A stretch of DNA of 64,000 bases from Pseudomonas aeruginosa PAO1 (GCF_000006765.1 NC_002516.2); one strand, 5' to 3'; shown: positions 1-9,205, counted from the first letter of the stretch. The notes: a model not told the origin generated them from the sequence alone. Made by a program: numbers and translations.

Positions 1-2
1 GG

Positions 3-494
3 CACGCGTTGAATACCGCAGGATTGGCCGTCCTCGGCTTGTGCAATGCGGAGCTGCGGGTTGGCGAGCGTTTCGCCGAGGAGACCTGGCGGGTACCGGG
101 CTACCGGGCCTGCCTGCTGTTTCCCGGCGAGCAGGCGCGTGCGCTGGCAGAGATGGCCGCCGAGGCCGCCGGCGAGCCCCTCCTGCTGGTGGTGCCGGAC
201 GGCACCTGGCGCAAGGCGCGCAAGCTCCTGCACCTGAACCCGGCCCTGGCGGCCCTGCCGCGGGTGAGCCTGGCCGAAGGCATGGCGTCGCGTTATCGCC
301 TGCGCAAGGCGCCGGGAGAGGGCGCGCTGTCGACCATCGAAGCAATCGCTGCGGCGCTCGACGAACTGGAGGCGCCGCGTACCCACGAAGCCTTGCTGAA
401 ACCCTTCGATGCCCTGATCGAGGGGCAGATCGCGGCGATGGGCGAGGACACCTATCGGCGCAACCATCTCAGCCAGGAGCGCCGCCGCCGATAG
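3..494 (+). CDS. DTW-domain protein (tRNA-uridine aminocarboxypropyltransferase-like), 5' end outside the window
   Basis: Frame is open from position 3 (CAC GCG TTG AAT). LLVVPDGTWRKARKL is the DTW motif, and YRLRK...LSTIEA is typical of the family. Confidence 0.85.
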   Translation, partial: HALNTAGLAVLGLCNAELRVGERFAEETWRVPGYRACLLFPGEQARALAEMAAEAAGEPLLLVVPDGTWRKARKLLHLNPALAALPRVSLAEGMASRYRLRKAPGEGALSTIEAIAAALDELEAPRTHEALLKPFDALIEGQIAAMGEDTYRRNHLSQERRRR

Positions 495-787
495 CGGTCG
501 AGCAGTTCCGGGATTGCCGTTTCGCGCCAGAACTCCGGGCTGACCATGCCGCTGGACATGCCGCCGTGGGCGTGGCGCGCGAGGTAGATCAAGGCATCGT
601 ATTCCAGCGAATGGCCGCTTAGGCGCTCGAAGGTCTCGCCGAGCAGGTGTTCCAGGGCCGCTGCGGAAGCCGGCCAGGACGCGTCCGCCAGTTGCCCGGC
701 CATTTCCTGCCAGAGGTAGGGGTCGCCACGGCCGCCCCAGCGCGAGGGTTCCTGTTCGAAGAGTTCGGAGATGCGCGGTCTGGCCAT
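452..787 (-). CDS. Small conserved hypothetical protein (111 aa), tail-to-tail overlap with the DTW gene
   Basis: ATG at 787 inside the 452..1117 ORF gives MARPRISELFEQEPSRWGGRGDPYLW...GGMSSG. It fills an otherwise empty gap and has protein-like composition. Confidence 0.65.
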   Translation of the reverse strand: MARPRISELFEQEPSRWGGRGDPYLWQEMAGQLADASWPASAAALEHLLGETFERLSGHSLEYDALIYLARHAHGGMSSGMVSPEFWRETAIPELLDRYRRRRSWLRWLRR

Positions 788-983
788 GTCGGTCGGTCGT
801 GTCTGTCGGAAACGAAAAGTATGCCCGATTGGCAGGGCCGCATGGGCGGAGTAGACTGCCGCGGTCTTTCCTTCCGTACGAGGTGTTCGTCCGATGCGCA
901 ATTGATGCTGCCGTGTCTGCACGGCCGGTTTTCCGTCCCTGGCCCGAGGGCCCGGGGGAATGCATGGCATCAAGGGGGTATCC

Positions 984-2600
984 ATGACGAATACGTCGAC
1001 CCTGACGCTCGATGGCGTCTCTTTCCAGCTGCCGGACGGCAGCCTTCTGTTTTCCGATCTCGACGAAACCTTCGACACCCGGCACACCGGGCTGGTGGGA
1101 CGCAACGGCGTCGGCAAGTCGCTGCTCGCGCGCCTGCTCGCCGGACACTTGCAGCCGTCCAGCGGCAGCGTCCGGCGCCAGGGGCGCGTGCGCTACCTGG
1201 CGCAGCAGCTCGAACCGGCCGACTACCCGACCGTCGCCGATCTGGCCGGCGTCCGCCCATGGCTGGAGGCGCTGGCGCGGATCGAGGCGGGTAGCCTCGA
1301 CGCCGCCGACTACGAATGCCTGGGCGAGCGCTGGGACATCCGCCAACGCCTGGCCGACGCCCTGGCCGCCGAGGGGCTCGGCCATCTCCGCGCGGATACC
1401 CCGAGCGAACGCCTGAGCGGCGGCGAATGCATGCGCGTAGCGCTGCTCGGCGCATTCCTCGACGACGCCGACTTTCTCATCCTCGACGAACCGAGCAACC
1501 CTCTCGACGGGCCGGCACGCGCTTTGCTGCGGGCGCGCCTGGCGGCATGGGACGGCGGCCTGCTGCTGGTCAGCCATGACCGCGAACTGCTGGAGGGCAT
1601 GCAGCGGATCGTCGAGCTGTCGACCCTCGGCCTGCGCAGCTATGGCGGCGGCTATTCCTTCTACGCGCAGAGCCGGGAGGAGGCGCGCGAGGCCGCCGAA
1701 CGTCGCCTGGACCAGCGTCGTCTGGAGCGCAAGCGGCAGACCCTGGCCATGCGCGAACAGCAGCAGCGCCAGGAGCGGTGCCAGGCCAGCGGCCGGCGCG
1801 AAGGCAAGACGGCGAACCAGGCGAAGATCCTGCTCGGTGGGTTCAGGGAACGTAGCGAGGTCAGCGCCGGCAAGCTGCGCAACGCCCACCAGGCGGAGCG
1901 CGAGCGTCTCGACCGCGAGGTGCGCGAGGCTGCCCGGGAGGTCGAGGAGGCGTCGCCGCTGCTGCTCGATTCGCCCGATGCCGAACTGGCGGCACAGCGC
2001 CGGATCGTCGAGTTGAAGGGCGCGGTCCTGCCGCATTTGCGCGGGCCGTTGCGCGAAATCGACCTGCTCCTGAGCGGTCCGCGACGGCTGGCGCTGGTCG
2101 GCCCGAACGGCAGCGGCAAGTCGACCCTGCTGCGGCTGCTGGCCGGGCAACGGGCGCCGCTGGCGGGAACCTGCGCGGTGACGGTGGGCGCCGCCTATCT
2201 CGACCAGCGGCTGAGCGTGCTGGACCACGGGCGAGGCGTGCTGGAGCAGTTGCTGGAGGTCAATCGCAGTCGCGGCGAAAGCTGGCTGCGCACGCGCCTG
2301 GCGCAACTCGGCTTGCCGGCTGAACGGCTCGCCCAGCCGTGCGCGACGCTGAGCGGCGGCGAACGCCTGAAGGCGGCCCTGGCCCTGGTGCTCTACGCCG
2401 ACCGGCCGGCGCAGCTGCTACTGCTCGACGAACCGGACAACCACCTCGACCTGGCTGCGCGGCAGGCCCTGGAAAGCATGCTCGGGCAGTACCGTGGGGC
2501 CTTGCTGGTGGTGTCCCACGACCCGGTGTTTCTCCGCCACCTGGCGCTGGATGGCGAACTGCGGGCTACTGCCGCGGGTTGGCGCCTGGAGGACCGATGA
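984..2600 (+). CDS. ABC-F family ATPase (two ABC domains, no transmembrane segments)
   Basis: Two Walker A motifs (GRNGVGKS, GPNGSGKS), two LSGGE signatures and two Walker B motifs (LILDEP, LLLDEP). ATG at 984 follows AAGGGGG. Confidence 0.9.
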   Translation: MTNTSTLTLDGVSFQLPDGSLLFSDLDETFDTRHTGLVGRNGVGKSLLARLLAGHLQPSSGSVRRQGRVRYLAQQLEPADYPTVADLAGVRPWLEALARIEAGSLDAADYECLGERWDIRQRLADALAAEGLGHLRADTPSERLSGGECMRVALLGAFLDDADFLILDEPSNPLDGPARALLRARLAAWDGGLLLVSHDRELLEGMQRIVELSTLGLRSYGGGYSFYAQSREEAREAAERRLDQRRLERKRQTLAMREQQQRQERCQASGRREGKTANQAKILLGGFRERSEVSAGKLRNAHQAERERLDREVREAAREVEEASPLLLDSPDAELAAQRRIVELKGAVLPHLRGPLREIDLLLSGPRRLALVGPNGSGKSTLLRLLAGQRAPLAGTCAVTVGAAYLDQRLSVLDHGRGVLEQLLEVNRSRGESWLRTRLAQLGLPAERLAQPCATLSGGERLKAALALVLYADRPAQLLLLDEPDNHLDLAARQALESMLGQYRGALLVVSHDPVFLRHLALDGELRATAAGWRLEDR

Positions 2601-4155
2601 GCTGGCCATCCGCCGCGACCTGCAGGAGGCTGACTCCGCCGTGGCTGAAACCGATGGCGAGGAGTTTGTCGCTGACTGCCAGGCACAGCGGTATGGCGTC
2701 TGCCGTGCGGTAGCGCCAGCGACATTCGCCGCTGGCGAGGTCGCGTACCTCGACCTGACCATCGACCAGCGCCAGTGCGATCCATTGTCCGCCGGGCAAC
2801 GGCGCGAAGGCGCTGACCTGGGCGGACAGGGTCGCGCCCCAGAGCGTGCCGCGGCTCTCCAGGTCGTAGCAGGTCAGGCGCTGGGTACCGTAGGCGTGAT
2901 GCGGCGAGTTGTAGACCTTGGCGTTGAGCAGCAGGCGATTGCCCAGCAGGCAGCCGTGCAGGTTGTTGAAGTGCTCCGGGTGGCGCTCCAGGCGTAGCAC
3001 TTCGCGGGTCTTGAAGGTCTGCGGGTCGAGGCGGAACAGGCCCTTGTCCTGGTGCTGCTCCGGCGGATTGCCGGCCAGGTAGAAGAAGGCTTCGCCACGG
3101 TCGATGCGCAGATGGTGGTTGAACAGGTCGTAGTGTCCGAGACGGCGCCTGTGGATGATCCGGCCGGCCGGGTCGAGCACGAGGTCTTCCAGGTCTTTGC
3201 CCTCGAGGGCGATCTGGCGGGCGAGAAAACCGCCTTGGGCGGATTGCGCCAGCAGATGGCGGCAGTCGCTCAGGAGCAGCGGTTGTCCCGGTGTCAGCGG
3301 CACCTTGAACAGTCGCTGGGCGGCATACCCGAGTTGCAGATTGACCAGCAGGCTGTCGTCCGTGGCGTTATGGAAGACCTGCAGGCACTGGCCCCGTTCG
3401 GCCAGTTCGAAGCTGCGCAGGCTGTCGTCGGCCAGATTCCAGAGCTCGAGCCGGGGGTTGGCGCGGGCGATGGCCAGGCGTTGGCCGTCGAGAAAGCACA
3501 GGTCCCACACCGGTGGACGATGCAGGAACCGCCGATCTTTGCCCAGGGCGAGGTTTTCCAGGATCGGCAGCGCTGCTTCGCGTTGTGTCGAGGCAGGGTA
3601 GAGGGCCCAGTCGAAGGGCAGGCGGGTGCCGGGCAGGTCGTCCAGCACCAGTGGGGCGTCGACCGGAAAGGCTAGCGAATGGCGCTGGCGGAACAACGGT
3701 CGGTCCTCCAGGTCGTCGCTGGGGGCGACGGTGAAGGTCAGGCGCCGGCCGTCGTCCTCGAAGTCGCAGGCGAGCACTTCGCGGTTGTCGGCGACCAGCG
3801 ATTGGGTCTTGCCGCTCGCGTAGTCCCAGGCCAGCAGACCGCCTTCGAAGAAGGCGCCGCCGTCGTAGCGCCCGCCGCCGATCACCAGTACGGGCCGGCT
3901 CGGGTGCCAGGCGATGGCGTTGAGCGGAAAGCCCAGGTCCGGCAGGACGGCGATGCATTCGAGGTCGCCGCCGCGGTACAGGCGCAGGCTCTGTTCGTAG
4001 ACGTCGAGCTGTCGGCCCGGGTGTTGCCCATGAAAGGCGCTGGCCACCGCAAGGAGCGCGCCGCCGGGAGCCTGGAACACGGCGTAGGGCTCGCCGATGT
4101 CGGCGAAGGCGCAAGCGGGCAGCCTGCGGCCGGAAGGAAGCGGGGAGTTGGGCAT
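2566..4155 (-). CDS. Hypothetical protein, probable WD40-like beta-propeller
   Basis: 529 aa ORF with repeated short beta-strand units such as LNAIAWHPSRPVLVIG, LLAWD, LELWNL and VEVRDL. No signal peptide is evident. Confidence 0.7.
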   Translation of the reverse strand: MPNSPLPSGRRLPACAFADIGEPYAVFQAPGGALLAVASAFHGQHPGRQLDVYEQSLRLYRGGDLECIAVLPDLGFPLNAIAWHPSRPVLVIGGGRYDGGAFFEGGLLAWDYASGKTQSLVADNREVLACDFEDDGRRLTFTVAPSDDLEDRPLFRQRHSLAFPVDAPLVLDDLPGTRLPFDWALYPASTQREAALPILENLALGKDRRFLHRPPVWDLCFLDGQRLAIARANPRLELWNLADDSLRSFELAERGQCLQVFHNATDDSLLVNLQLGYAAQRLFKVPLTPGQPLLLSDCRHLLAQSAQGGFLARQIALEGKDLEDLVLDPAGRIIHRRRLGHYDLFNHHLRIDRGEAFFYLAGNPPEQHQDKGLFRLDPQTFKTREVLRLERHPEHFNNLHGCLLGNRLLLNAKVYNSPHHAYGTQRLTCYDLESRGTLWGATLSAQVSAFAPLPGGQWIALALVDGQVEVRDLASGECRWRYRTADAIPLCLAVSDKLLAIGFSHGGVSLLQVAADGQLIGPPGANPRQ

Positions 4156-4414
4156 GGGCGATACCGGGAAAAAGAGTCGGGCGCAGTGTCGTTCATTCGT
4201 CGTTTCGGGAAAAGCATGGGAAGAGCGGCTGTTCCGACCGGTCGTTTTCTTCTAGGATGGCGCTCCCTTCCTCCCTCGTCGCCGCCGCTGTGCACCGTCC
4301 ATGCGTTGATTCGCGCCACGGGCATCCAGGCGACGAACCTCAGCGTGGCGCCCGGCCTGGCGGTCGCGGCTGCCTTTCGTTCTACCTGGAATCTTTCGGA
4401 TAAAGGAATCCAGC

Positions 4415-4846
4415 ATGCACATTCGCAAGCGCGTCGACGCCGACAACACGGCATTGGTCGACCTGTGGGAACGTTCCGTCCGCGCGACCCACGACTTTCT
4501 CAGTGAAGCGGACATCGTCGAGCTTTACCCACAGGTCCGCGACCTGTACCTGCCGGCCGTCGAGGTCTGGGTGCTGGTCGACGACGACGGCGTGGCCCAG
4601 GGCTTCATCGGCCTGAACCAGGCGCATGTCGAGATGCTCTTCGTCGAACCCGGGCTGCGCGGCCGGGGTATCGGCCGACGCCTGCTCGATCATGCGCGGG
4701 CGACCTGGCCGCGCCTGAGCGTCGATGTCAACGAGCAGAACCCGCAGGCCTGCGGCTTCTATCGACACTATGGGTTCCGCCAGACCGGCCGCTCCGCGAC
4801 CGACTCGGCGGGGCGGCCGTTCCCGCTGCTGCACATGAGCCTGTAG
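4415..4846 (+). CDS. GNAT acetyltransferase (YjaB-like)
   Basis: Motif A LFVEPGLRGRGIGRRLL and VDVNEQNPQACGFY. Confidence 0.9.
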   Translation: MHIRKRVDADNTALVDLWERSVRATHDFLSEADIVELYPQVRDLYLPAVEVWVLVDDDGVAQGFIGLNQAHVEMLFVEPGLRGRGIGRRLLDHARATWPRLSVDVNEQNPQACGFYRHYGFRQTGRSATDSAGRPFPLLHMSL

Positions 4847-4851
4847 GAGGA

Positions 4852-4885
4852 CGCGGCACCTCGCCCTGTGGAGCGAGGTGCCGCG
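4852..4885. terminator. Perfect 13 bp GC-rich hairpin just after the GNAT gene
   Basis: CGCGGCACCTCGC-CCTGTGGA-GCGAGGTGCCGCG. It has no U-tract, so it may be a REP-like or stabilising element rather than an intrinsic terminator. Confidence 0.5.
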
Positions 4886-4938
4886 CAACATCCGGAAAAG
4901 TTTTCCCCGGCCAGATGCTTTCAACTGCAAGCATCCGT

Positions 4939-4952
4939 TTGAGACAGGTCAA
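4939..4952 (+). promoter_or_regulatory. ANR/FNR-type box upstream of the P-type ATPase
   Basis: TTGAG-ACAG-GTCAA versus consensus TTGAT-N4-ATCAA. A -10-like GATAGT at 4975-4980 has class II spacing. Confidence 0.7.
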
Positions 4953-5011
4953 ACGTTGCGGCGCAGGCCTGCCCGATAGTTCTGTTCATCAGAACGAGGC
5001 GCAGGAATCCC

Positions 5012-7720
5012 ATGAACGGCATCCCACCCCTGTCTTCCCGCGACGCCCATGCCAGCCCGCCGCAACGGGTGCTGGAACGATTGCACAGCTCCGCCGCCGG
5101 TCTGGACGCGGACGAAGCCGCCCGCCGCCTGGCGGCGCACGGCTACAACCGATTGCCCGCGCCGAAACGCCAGGGGCCGCTGCTGCGCTTGCTGCGGCAG
5201 TTCCACAACGTCCTGCTGTACATGATGCTGTTCGCCTCGCTGGTCACCGCGCTGCTCGGCTTCTGGGTGGACAGTGCGGTAATCCTCCTGGCGGTGGTGG
5301 TCAACGCGCTGATCGGTTTCGTCCAGGAGGGCAAGGCGGCCAACGCGCTGGACGCCATCCGCGACATGCTTTCGCTGCATGCCCTGGTCCTGCGCGACGG
5401 CCAGCGCCAGGCGCTGGACGCCGAACGCCTGGTACCGGGCGACGTGGTGCTGCTGGCCTCCGGCGACCGGGTGCCGGCCGACCTGCGGCTGTTCGAAACG
5501 AAGAACTTCCATGTCGACGAGTCGGCCCTGACCGGCGAGTCGGTGCCGGTGGAGAAGGGCTGCGTCGCGGTGGCCATCGACGCGCTGCTCGGCGACCGCC
5601 GTTGCATGGCCTATTCCGGCACCCTGGTGACCAGCGGCCAGGCGCGCGGAGTGGTGGTCGCCACCGCCGGGGATACCGAACTGGGCCGGATCGGTACGCT
5701 GTTGCGCGAAGTCCGCACCCTGGCCACTCCGCTGCTGCGACAGATCGCCAGCTTCAGTCGCTGGCTGGCCCTGGCGATCCTGCTGCTGGCCGGCGCCACT
5801 TTCGTCCTCGGCACCCTCTGGCAGGGCCAGCCGATGGTGGACATGTTCATGCTGGTGGTGGCGCTGACCGCCTCGGCGATTCCCGAGGGACTGCCGGCGA
5901 TCATGACGGTGATCCTCGCCCTCGGCGTACAGCGCATGGCCCGGCGCAACGCCATCGTCAGCCGCCTGCCGGCGGTGGAGACGCTGGGTTCGGTGACGGT
6001 GATCTGCTCGGACAAGACCGGCACCCTGACCCGCAACGAGATGACCGTGCAGCGTATCGTCACCGCCGACCAGGTAATCGAGGTCAGCGGCGCCGGTTAC
6101 GCCCCCCTGGGTGGTTTCAGCCACAACGGCGAAGGCCTCGATCCCGCCGGACGCGACGATCTGCAGGAGATCGGTCGCGCGGCGCTGTTGTGCAACGAGG
6201 CGCGCCTGCACCAGGAGGGCGAGGCATGGCAACTGGAGGGCGACCCCACCGAAGGCGCGCTGCTCAGCCTCGGCCTCAAGCTGGGCCTCGATCCGCAGGC
6301 GCTGGCGGCGGAACGGCCACGCAGCGATGCGATTCCGTTCGAGTCCGAGCATCGCTTCATGGCCACCCTGCACCACGACCACGCAGGCCAGGCGATGGTC
6401 TACCTGAAGGGCGCGCCGGAGCGCATCCTCGACATGTGCGAGGCTGAACGGGTGGGCGACTCGGTGCGGCCGCTGGACCCGGACTACTGGCGGCGCCTGG
6501 CCACCGACACCGCCGCTCGCGGTCTGCGCCTGCTGGCCATCGCCCGACGGGCGATGCCGGCGGAGCAGCGCACGCTGGATTTCGCCGACGTGGAACATGG
6601 CTTCACCCTGCTGGCCCTGGTGGGCATCATCGACCCTCCGCGCGAGGAAGCCGTGGCCGCGGTCGCCGAATGCCAGGCGGCGGGTATCGCGGTGAAGATG
6701 ATCACCGGCGACCACGTCGACACCGCGCGGGCGATCGGCGCCATGCTCGGGATCGGCATCGACCGGCCGGCGCTGACCGGCGCGGAGATCGAGTTGCTCG
6801 ACGACCAGCGCCTGCGCGAAGTGCTGCCGGGCGTCGATGTGTTCGCCCGCGCCAGCCCTGAGCACAAGCTGCGCCTGGTGCAGGCCCTGCAGGCCAGCGG
6901 CGAGGTGGTGGCGATGACCGGCGACGGGGTCAACGATGCGCCGGCGCTGAAGCGCGCCGACGTCGGCGTAGCGATGGGCAACAAGGGCACCGAGGCGGCC
7001 AAGGAGGCGGCTGAGGTGGTCCTCGCCGACGACAATTTCGCCACCATCGCCAATGCCGTGCGCGAGGGAAGGGCAGTCTACGACAACCTGAAGAAATTCA
7101 TCCTCTTCATGCTGCCGACCAACGGTGGCGAGGCGCTGATCGTGATCGCCGCGATCCTGTTCCAGTTGACCCTGCCGATGACGCCGGCGCAGATCCTCTG
7201 GATCAACATGGTCACCTCCAGCACCCTGGGCCTGGCGCTGGCCTTCGATCCGGCCGAGCGCGGCCTGATGCAGCGTCCGCCGCGTCCGCCGGCGGAGCCC
7301 CTGTTGTCGCTGTTCTTCGTCTGGCGGGTGCTGCTGGTCTCGCTGCTGATGATGGCGGGCGCCCTGGGCCTGTTCCTCTGGGAGCTGGAGCATGGCACCG
7401 GGCTGGAGAGCGCGCGGACCATGGCGGTGAACAGCGTGGTGGTGTGCGAGATGTTCTACCTGCTCAACAGCCGGCATATCTACGATTCGGTGCTCAGCCG
7501 CGAGGGCCTGTTCGGCAACCGCCAGGTCTTGCTGGCGATCGCCGCCTGCGTGATGCTGCAACTGCTCTATACCTATGCGCCGCCGTTGCAGGCGCTGTTC
7601 GGCTCGGTCGGCCTGGCCCCGGGCGAGTGGGCGCGGGTGCTGCTGGCCGGGCTCGGCCTGTTCTGCGTCGCCGAACTGGAAAAGTGGCTATGTCGCCGGG
7701 TCCGTGCCCGGCAGGCCTGA
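5012..7720 (+). CDS. Cation-transporting P-type ATPase (P2, Ca2+-ATPase-like)
   Basis: TGES actuator motif, IPEGLP, phosphorylation motif CSDKTGTLT, KGAPE, MITGD and TGDGVNDAPAL. Confidence 0.95.
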   Translation: MNGIPPLSSRDAHASPPQRVLERLHSSAAGLDADEAARRLAAHGYNRLPAPKRQGPLLRLLRQFHNVLLYMMLFASLVTALLGFWVDSAVILLAVVVNALIGFVQEGKAANALDAIRDMLSLHALVLRDGQRQALDAERLVPGDVVLLASGDRVPADLRLFETKNFHVDESALTGESVPVEKGCVAVAIDALLGDRRCMAYSGTLVTSGQARGVVVATAGDTELGRIGTLLREVRTLATPLLRQIASFSRWLALAILLLAGATFVLGTLWQGQPMVDMFMLVVALTASAIPEGLPAIMTVILALGVQRMARRNAIVSRLPAVETLGSVTVICSDKTGTLTRNEMTVQRIVTADQVIEVSGAGYAPLGGFSHNGEGLDPAGRDDLQEIGRAALLCNEARLHQEGEAWQLEGDPTEGALLSLGLKLGLDPQALAAERPRSDAIPFESEHRFMATLHHDHAGQAMVYLKGAPERILDMCEAERVGDSVRPLDPDYWRRLATDTAARGLRLLAIARRAMPAEQRTLDFADVEHGFTLLALVGIIDPPREEAVAAVAECQAAGIAVKMITGDHVDTARAIGAMLGIGIDRPALTGAEIELLDDQRLREVLPGVDVFARASPEHKLRLVQALQASGEVVAMTGDGVNDAPALKRADVGVAMGNKGTEAAKEAAEVVLADDNFATIANAVREGRAVYDNLKKFILFMLPTNGGEALIVIAAILFQLTLPMTPAQILWINMVTSSTLGLALAFDPAERGLMQRPPRPPAEPLLSLFFVWRVLLVSLLMMAGALGLFLWELEHGTGLESARTMAVNSVVVCEMFYLLNSRHIYDSVLSREGLFGNRQVLLAIAACVMLQLLYTYAPPLQALFGSVGLAPGEWARVLLAGLGLFCVAELEKWLCRRVRARQA

Positions 7721-7881
7721 CGCCGCGAGGTCGCCCCCTTGGCCGCGGCGCTGTGCCTTTGCGCGTGCGCCGCGCACAGACGTCTGCGCCTCGGATCGCC
7801 CGGCCGAGAGCGGTCGCACGCGTGGCGATGGGCCGACAGTGAACCCGGGGACCAGGTGTGACTGGGTATTCAGTTCGCATA

Positions 7882-7903
7882 AAATGTGATCTAGATCACA
7901 TTT
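7882..7903. promoter_or_regulatory. Vfr (CRP-family) binding site of the lasR promoter
   Basis: AAATGTGATCTAGATCACATTT is the exact 22 bp CRP consensus palindrome. Vfr control of lasR is established. Confidence 0.95.
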
Positions 7904-8170
7904 AAACGTTTGCTTACCCTCTAGGACGGGTATCGTACTAGGTGCATCAAACGCTGCGGTCTATTGTTAAGTGGGACTGAAATGTGCCTTTCCGGCACAA
8001 CGCCAACTCTATAGAGTGGGCTGACTGGACATCTTCAGGGGTCGTCGGGCACGGGCGCATGCGCCTCGGCAGGAAGCCGGGATTCTCGGACTGCCGTACA
8101 ACGTGCCGGATATCGGGTGCCGAATCCATATTTGGCTGATTGGTTAATAGTTTAAGAAGAACGTAGCGCT

Positions 8171-8890
8171 ATGGCCTTGGTTGACGGTTTTCTTGAGCTG
8201 GAACGCTCAAGTGGAAAATTGGAGTGGAGCGCCATCCTGCAGAAGATGGCGAGCGACCTTGGATTCTCGAAGATCCTGTTCGGCCTGTTGCCTAAGGACA
8301 GCCAGGACTACGAGAACGCCTTCATCGTCGGCAACTACCCGGCCGCCTGGCGCGAGCATTACGACCGGGCTGGCTACGCGCGGGTCGACCCGACGGTCAG
8401 TCACTGTACCCAGAGCGTACTGCCGATTTTCTGGGAACCGTCCATCTACCAGACGCGAAAGCAGCACGAGTTCTTCGAGGAAGCCTCGGCCGCCGGCCTG
8501 GTGTATGGGCTGACCATGCCGCTGCATGGTGCTCGCGGCGAACTCGGCGCGCTGAGCCTCAGCGTGGAAGCGGAAAACCGGGCCGAGGCCAACCGTTTCA
8601 TGGAGTCGGTCCTGCCGACCCTGTGGATGCTCAAGGACTACGCACTGCAGAGCGGTGCCGGACTGGCCTTCGAACATCCGGTCAGCAAACCGGTGGTTCT
8701 GACCAGCCGGGAGAAGGAAGTGTTGCAGTGGTGCGCCATCGGCAAGACCAGTTGGGAGATATCGGTTATCTGCAACTGCTCGGAAGCCAATGTGAACTTC
8801 CATATGGGAAATATTCGGCGGAAGTTCGGTGTGACCTCCCGCCGCGTAGCGGCCATTATGGCCGTTAATTTGGGTCTTATTACTCTCTGA
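8171..8890 (+). CDS. lasR: 3-oxo-C12-HSL receptor LasR, full length
   Basis: Recognisable LasR sequence [20 protein letters not shown]...NLGLITL, 239 aa, with autoinducer-binding and LuxR HTH domains. Confidence 0.99.
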
Positions 8891-9122
8891 TCTTGCCTCT
8901 CAGGTCGGCGAGCTGGCGATCGGTAATTTGCCCTTCTATATAGAAATGCAAAAGCAGATATATAGGGAAGGGCAGGTTCTCGCCATTCTCGAAACGACTG
9001 CCGCAGGATTGGCTTATCCCGAAGCGGCTCCAGAAAGTTTCCTGGCTTTCCCGTCGGGCGGTGCGGGTGGCCTTTGCCCGGAAGGCCATGTTTTGGGGCT
9101 GTGTTCTCTCGTGTGAAGCCAT
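8880..9122 (-). CDS. rsaL: Quorum-sensing repressor RsaL
   Basis: 80 aa [14 protein letters not shown]... HTH protein between lasR and lasI, overlapping the lasR 3' end by 11 nt. Confidence 0.98.
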
Positions 9123-9178
9123 TGCTCTGATCTTTTCGGACGTTTCTTCGAGCCTAGCAAGGGTCCGGGTTCACCGAA

Positions 9179-9198
9179 ATCTATCTCATTTGCTAGTT
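9179..9198. promoter_or_regulatory. las box of the rsaL-lasI divergent promoter
   Basis: ATCTATCTCATTTGCTAGTT fits the NNCT-N12-AGNN las/rhl box pattern. Confidence 0.85.
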
Positions 9199-9205
9199 AT
9201 AAAAT

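Noticed and set aside
3882-4454. 190 aa minus-strand ORF bridging the propeller gene and the GNAT gene
   Set aside because: Overlaps both neighbours, is Arg/Pro/Ala-rich with no motif, and has no clear RBS, so I cannot support it as a gene.
4949-7561. 870 aa antisense ORF opposite the P-type ATPase
   Set aside because: Shadow ORF from GC-rich codon bias. It is fully antisense to a well-supported gene and has no recognisable motifs.
8934-8945. Perfect TTCTATATAGAA palindrome inside rsaL
   Set aside because: It lies in coding sequence (FYIE) of an AT-rich gene and has no independent support as a regulatory site.
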